Assembly (NCBI RefSeq): GCF_902459465.1
Contig: NC_047067.1
Coordinates: 16,616,001 to 16,680,000, forward strand
Length of the DNA stretch: 64,000 bases
DNA from: Asterias rubens
Lineage: Eukaryota
Direction: 5' to 3'
Shown here: positions 60,247 through 64,000 of the stretch, piece after piece
Numbering within the stretch: the first letter of the stretch is position 1
Layout of the letters: each line of letters begins with the position of its first letter
The notes under the pieces: model-generated
Told to the model about the DNA's origin: nothing
What the model saw: only the letters and a program-made list of their open reading frames with translations
The model's database searches: none
Made by a program: the position numbers and the translations under genes

Positions 60247-62475
60247 AATAGTATGTGTATTCAAGTTGCCCAAATCATTACCTCTAAAATCTCAAAATAA
60301 TATTTCACTTACAGAATTCAAAAATAATAATAAGTTTTGTTTGACAACATTATACTTTGAGGGAGTTTTGTTTAATCGTATTTTTGTTTAACCATTTAAA
60401 GTTAATGGGAATGCAAGTTTATAAGCCTAATGTTTTGTTTATCATTTACATGTAAATGTAAATTTTTTCGTAATTATTGATTACAAAAATAGGCCCGCAA
60501 TTCAATGTTTTGAAAAACTTCCTATACTTCTGCCGCTGACAGCGTGCGTCAAAATTTGTTTTCATAAAAAAGCGGGATATCCGTAAAATGCTTTCAATTA
60601 ATATTATTGATTGAAAGCATTTTTTTCATTCAATCATTCATTTCTTTACTTTTTACCACACACAAGGAAAGTGATATAATTTACATGATATTACAATGAT
60701 TAAGGAAAACATAAGGACAATAGGATTTTGTGTGGGGATGGAGGTCTCCAAGAGCATCAGCTTGTTGAGTAGAGACCCCACCCCACAATAACAAAACAAA
60801 GAACAATACAATGTCGGGAAATGGAATTACCCTCAATATATTTTATAGAACTACAAAATCTTTTCTTTCTAGATGAAGTTCATTACAGCACTTCACCCAA
60901 AATCCTCACAAAAAGAGTATCAAAACTGCTAACCAAAAGTTATGTTATCCACTTGTTTCCACTAGGGTAACATAAATATATAATATTGTAATACAAAGTG
61001 ACCACCTGAAGGCAAGTTAATCATAATGATTTTTATACAAACCCACTGCTTAGAGACTTTTTCCATATGTTCCCACCACGGTGACTTAAATGTATGGAAA
61101 TACAGAGTGACGAGCCAATTATACCAATTTCTATCAATTTCTATTTAAACTCATTGTTTTAAGGGAGTTTCAGAAAAAACCCACTTCCTTATTGCTATAT
61201 ATTCTCTTGGTCGAGTGGAAAGGTTTAGTGTCCCTCAAGGACTGCTAGTCCTGAGCCATGGCCTTTACAGTGACTTTGTGGGTCAAGTTGAGGTAAATTG
61301 ATACAAGGAGAAATTCCTTTGTCAGCAATTAGTTGACCAATAGCAAACATCAAATTCAAACTTAATTGTATACATATTCAGTGAACTTTTAAACTAACCA
61401 ATCGGAAATTGGTCTGGCGTCAATGACTAGTAAAGTTAGGGGTTTAAAAGGCAATGCACAGAGGATCAGGAGTGATTCCGAATTGATGAGCACAGTGGTG
61501 AATTGAAACCTGTGAGATGGAAGATTTTGGTCATCGTAGCCATAGCTCAGGGTGAGTTTTTGATCTTAGATGTTTTAAGTTGTAGTTTTAACAGTTAGTA
61601 ATTTTGGAGTCTATATTTTATTGTACTGATTTTGTTGTATTTCTTGTGGTTAAATGCGAGTTAATTCTAGTACAAATGTATAACTCTTCCTCAAGAAACT
61701 TGTGTTCAATCCAAATATCTTGAATATTGTGACTGTGATTACGTTAACCTTTCTTACAATAAGGAGAAACAATGTTAGGTTTTACTGAGATGGAACTGAT
61801 TGTTTTTGTTGTCTCTCGCTTCAATTGTACTGAGAGTTACTCCATTTTATTCTTATATAGCTTCCATATCAGCCTGAGTATGGTCATGCTGATGATGATG
61901 TGTTAAAAGAGAAGCATTGGCTGAAAGTGTTCAGGTTAGCTTCTAACTTCTTGTATTAACTTGATTATTCATATTTTTATCTTGCATTTCTGCTAATTTA
62001 AAGTGGTTTACAGTCAAACTCTACTTTTAGAGAAATGGTTTTGATTAAGATATGTTAAATCAAATAACTTTATTTTGTGGTTATAGTGTTGTTAATGTTT
62101 ATTGTATCACACTGCACCATAGTTCACAGAGTTGTCACCATTACTTCACAATGTTTTCAAGTTGGCCTTGTGCATGTAGCAATGCATAAATCCATATGTG
62201 AGTCCTGGGTTTTGAGGACAAGGACGAAGCTCCAACAACTATCCAACATTGTTAGTAATGCACGTATCAATTGTAGGCCCAGCCCCGGGGAACCCGGGAC
62301 TAGCGGCGACTTGGCCGGGGATGTAAAAATGGCTCGGCATGATAGTCCCTGCCATGCCCCGCTACTGCCAGGCCAGGCAGGGCACTTGTTTTTTGTACAT
62401 CCCTGGCTATACACTTGCCCCGTTATGCAGGGCATATTATCACATCTTCAGCACGATCCCAGCGGGAAATTTATA

Positions 62476-64000
62476 ACAAACCCTGCACGATCCCGGCCTC
62501 GACATGCGGGGCATTTGTTACAAACCTTGCACGATCCTGGTCCCGACATGCGGCTCATTTTTACAAACCTTGCACTATCCCGGCCCTGACATACGGGGCA
62601 TTTGTTACAAACCTTGCACTATCCCGGCCCTGACATACGGGGCATTTGTTACCAACCTTGCACTATCCCAGCCCTGACATACAGGGCATTTGTTACAAAC
62701 CTTGCACTATCGCGGCCCCGACATACGGGGCATTTGTTACAAACCTTGCACTATCCCGGCCCTGACATACGGGGCATTTGTTACAAAACTTGCACTATCC
62801 CGGCCCTGACATGCGGGGCATTTGTTACAAACCTTGCACTATCCCAGCCCTGACATACGGGGCATTTGTTACAAACCTTGCACTATCCCGGCCCCGACAT
62901 ACGGGGCATTTGTTACAAACCTTGCACTATCCCGGCCCTGACATACGGGGCATTTGTTACAAAACTTGCACTATCCCGGCCCTGACATGCGGGGCATTTG
63001 TTACAAACCTTGCACTATCCCAGCCCTGACATACGGGGCACTTGTTACAAACCTTGCACTATCCCGGCCCCGACATACGGGGCATTTGTTACAAAACTTG
63101 CACTATCCCGGCCCCGACATACGGGGCATTTGTTTCAAACCTTGCACTATCCCAGCCCTGACATACGGGGCATTTGTTACAAACCTTGCACTATCCCAGC
63201 CCTGACATACGGGGCATTTGTTACAAACCTTGCACTATCCCGGCCCCGACATACGGGGCATTTGTTACAAAACTTGCACTATCCCGGCCCCGACATACGG
63301 GGCATTTGTTTCAAACCTTGCACTATCCCAGCCCTGACATACGGGGCATTTGTTACAAACCTTGCACTATCCCGGCCCTGACATACGGGGCATTTGTTAC
63401 AAACCTTGCACTATCCCGGCCCTGACATACAGGGCATTTGTTACAAACCTTGCACTATCGCGGCCCCGACATACGGGGCATTTGTTACAAACCTTGCACT
63501 ATCCCGGCCCTGACATACGGGGCATTTGTTACAAAACTTGCACTATCCCGGCCCTGACATACGGGGCATTTGTTACAAACCTTGCACTATCCCAGCCCTG
63601 ACATACGGGGCATTTGTTACAAACCTTGCACTATCACGGCCCCGACATACGGGGCATTTGTTACAAAACTTGCACTATCCCGGCCCCGACATACGGGGCA
63701 TTTGTTTCAAACCTTGCACTATCCCAGCCCTGACATACAGGGCATTTGTTACAAACCTTGCACTATCGCGGCCCTGACATACGGGGCATTTGTTACAAAC
63801 CTTGCACTATCCCGGCCCCGACATACGGGGCATTTGTTACAAAACTTGCACTATCCCCGCCCCGACATACGGGACATTTGTTTCAAACCTTGCACTATCC
63901 CAGCCCTGACATACAGGGCATTTGTTACAAACCTTGCACTATCCCGGCCCTGACATACGGGGCATTTGTTACAAACCTTGCACTATCCCGGCCCTGACAT
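62476..64000 (+). repeat. 44-bp tandem satellite (about 34 units, runs off the window end) with higher-order structure
   Basis: Unit ACATACGGGGCATTTGTTACAAACCTTGCACTATCCCGGCCCTG. Diagnostic variants recur at 176-bp and 572-bp spacing. Confidence 0.97.

Noticed and set aside
62077-63997. Many 83-127 aa ORFs in the terminal array
   Set aside because: They are translations of the 44-bp satellite; not CRISPR either, as there are no unique spacers.

Overview
AT-rich, repeat-dense eukaryotic genomic DNA. An invertebrate deuterostome such as an echinoderm is my inference from the 5S-like sequence and the repeat repertoire; it is not proven. There is no prokaryotic operon and no CRISPR array. The only host gene I can support is the 3' part of a divergent delta/zeta-type tubulin on the minus strand, most likely zeta-tubulin. 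It has five exons between 22813 and about 41930 with consistent splice phases; its 5' half was not found. Almost everything else is transposon-derived. That includes three Penelope-like elements carrying hammerhead-ribozyme motifs in their pseudo-LTRs, a full-length young Mag-type Gypsy (31639-36495; 190-bp LTRs, ACAAG TSD), an older Gypsy (about 55300-60246), and a Gypsy remnant with a 27 x 27-bp minisatellite in pol. It also includes two DIRS remnants, CR1/L2 and RLE-type LINE fragments, tRNA-derived SINEs, two non-autonomous Helitrons, Helentron/HINE-like repeats (two copies carry a 5S rRNA fragment), and MITEs with TTAA, CWG or TA target sites. The window ends in a 44-bp satellite with 176-bp and 572-bp higher-order periodicity. 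Family assignments come from motifs recognised by eye, not database searches.
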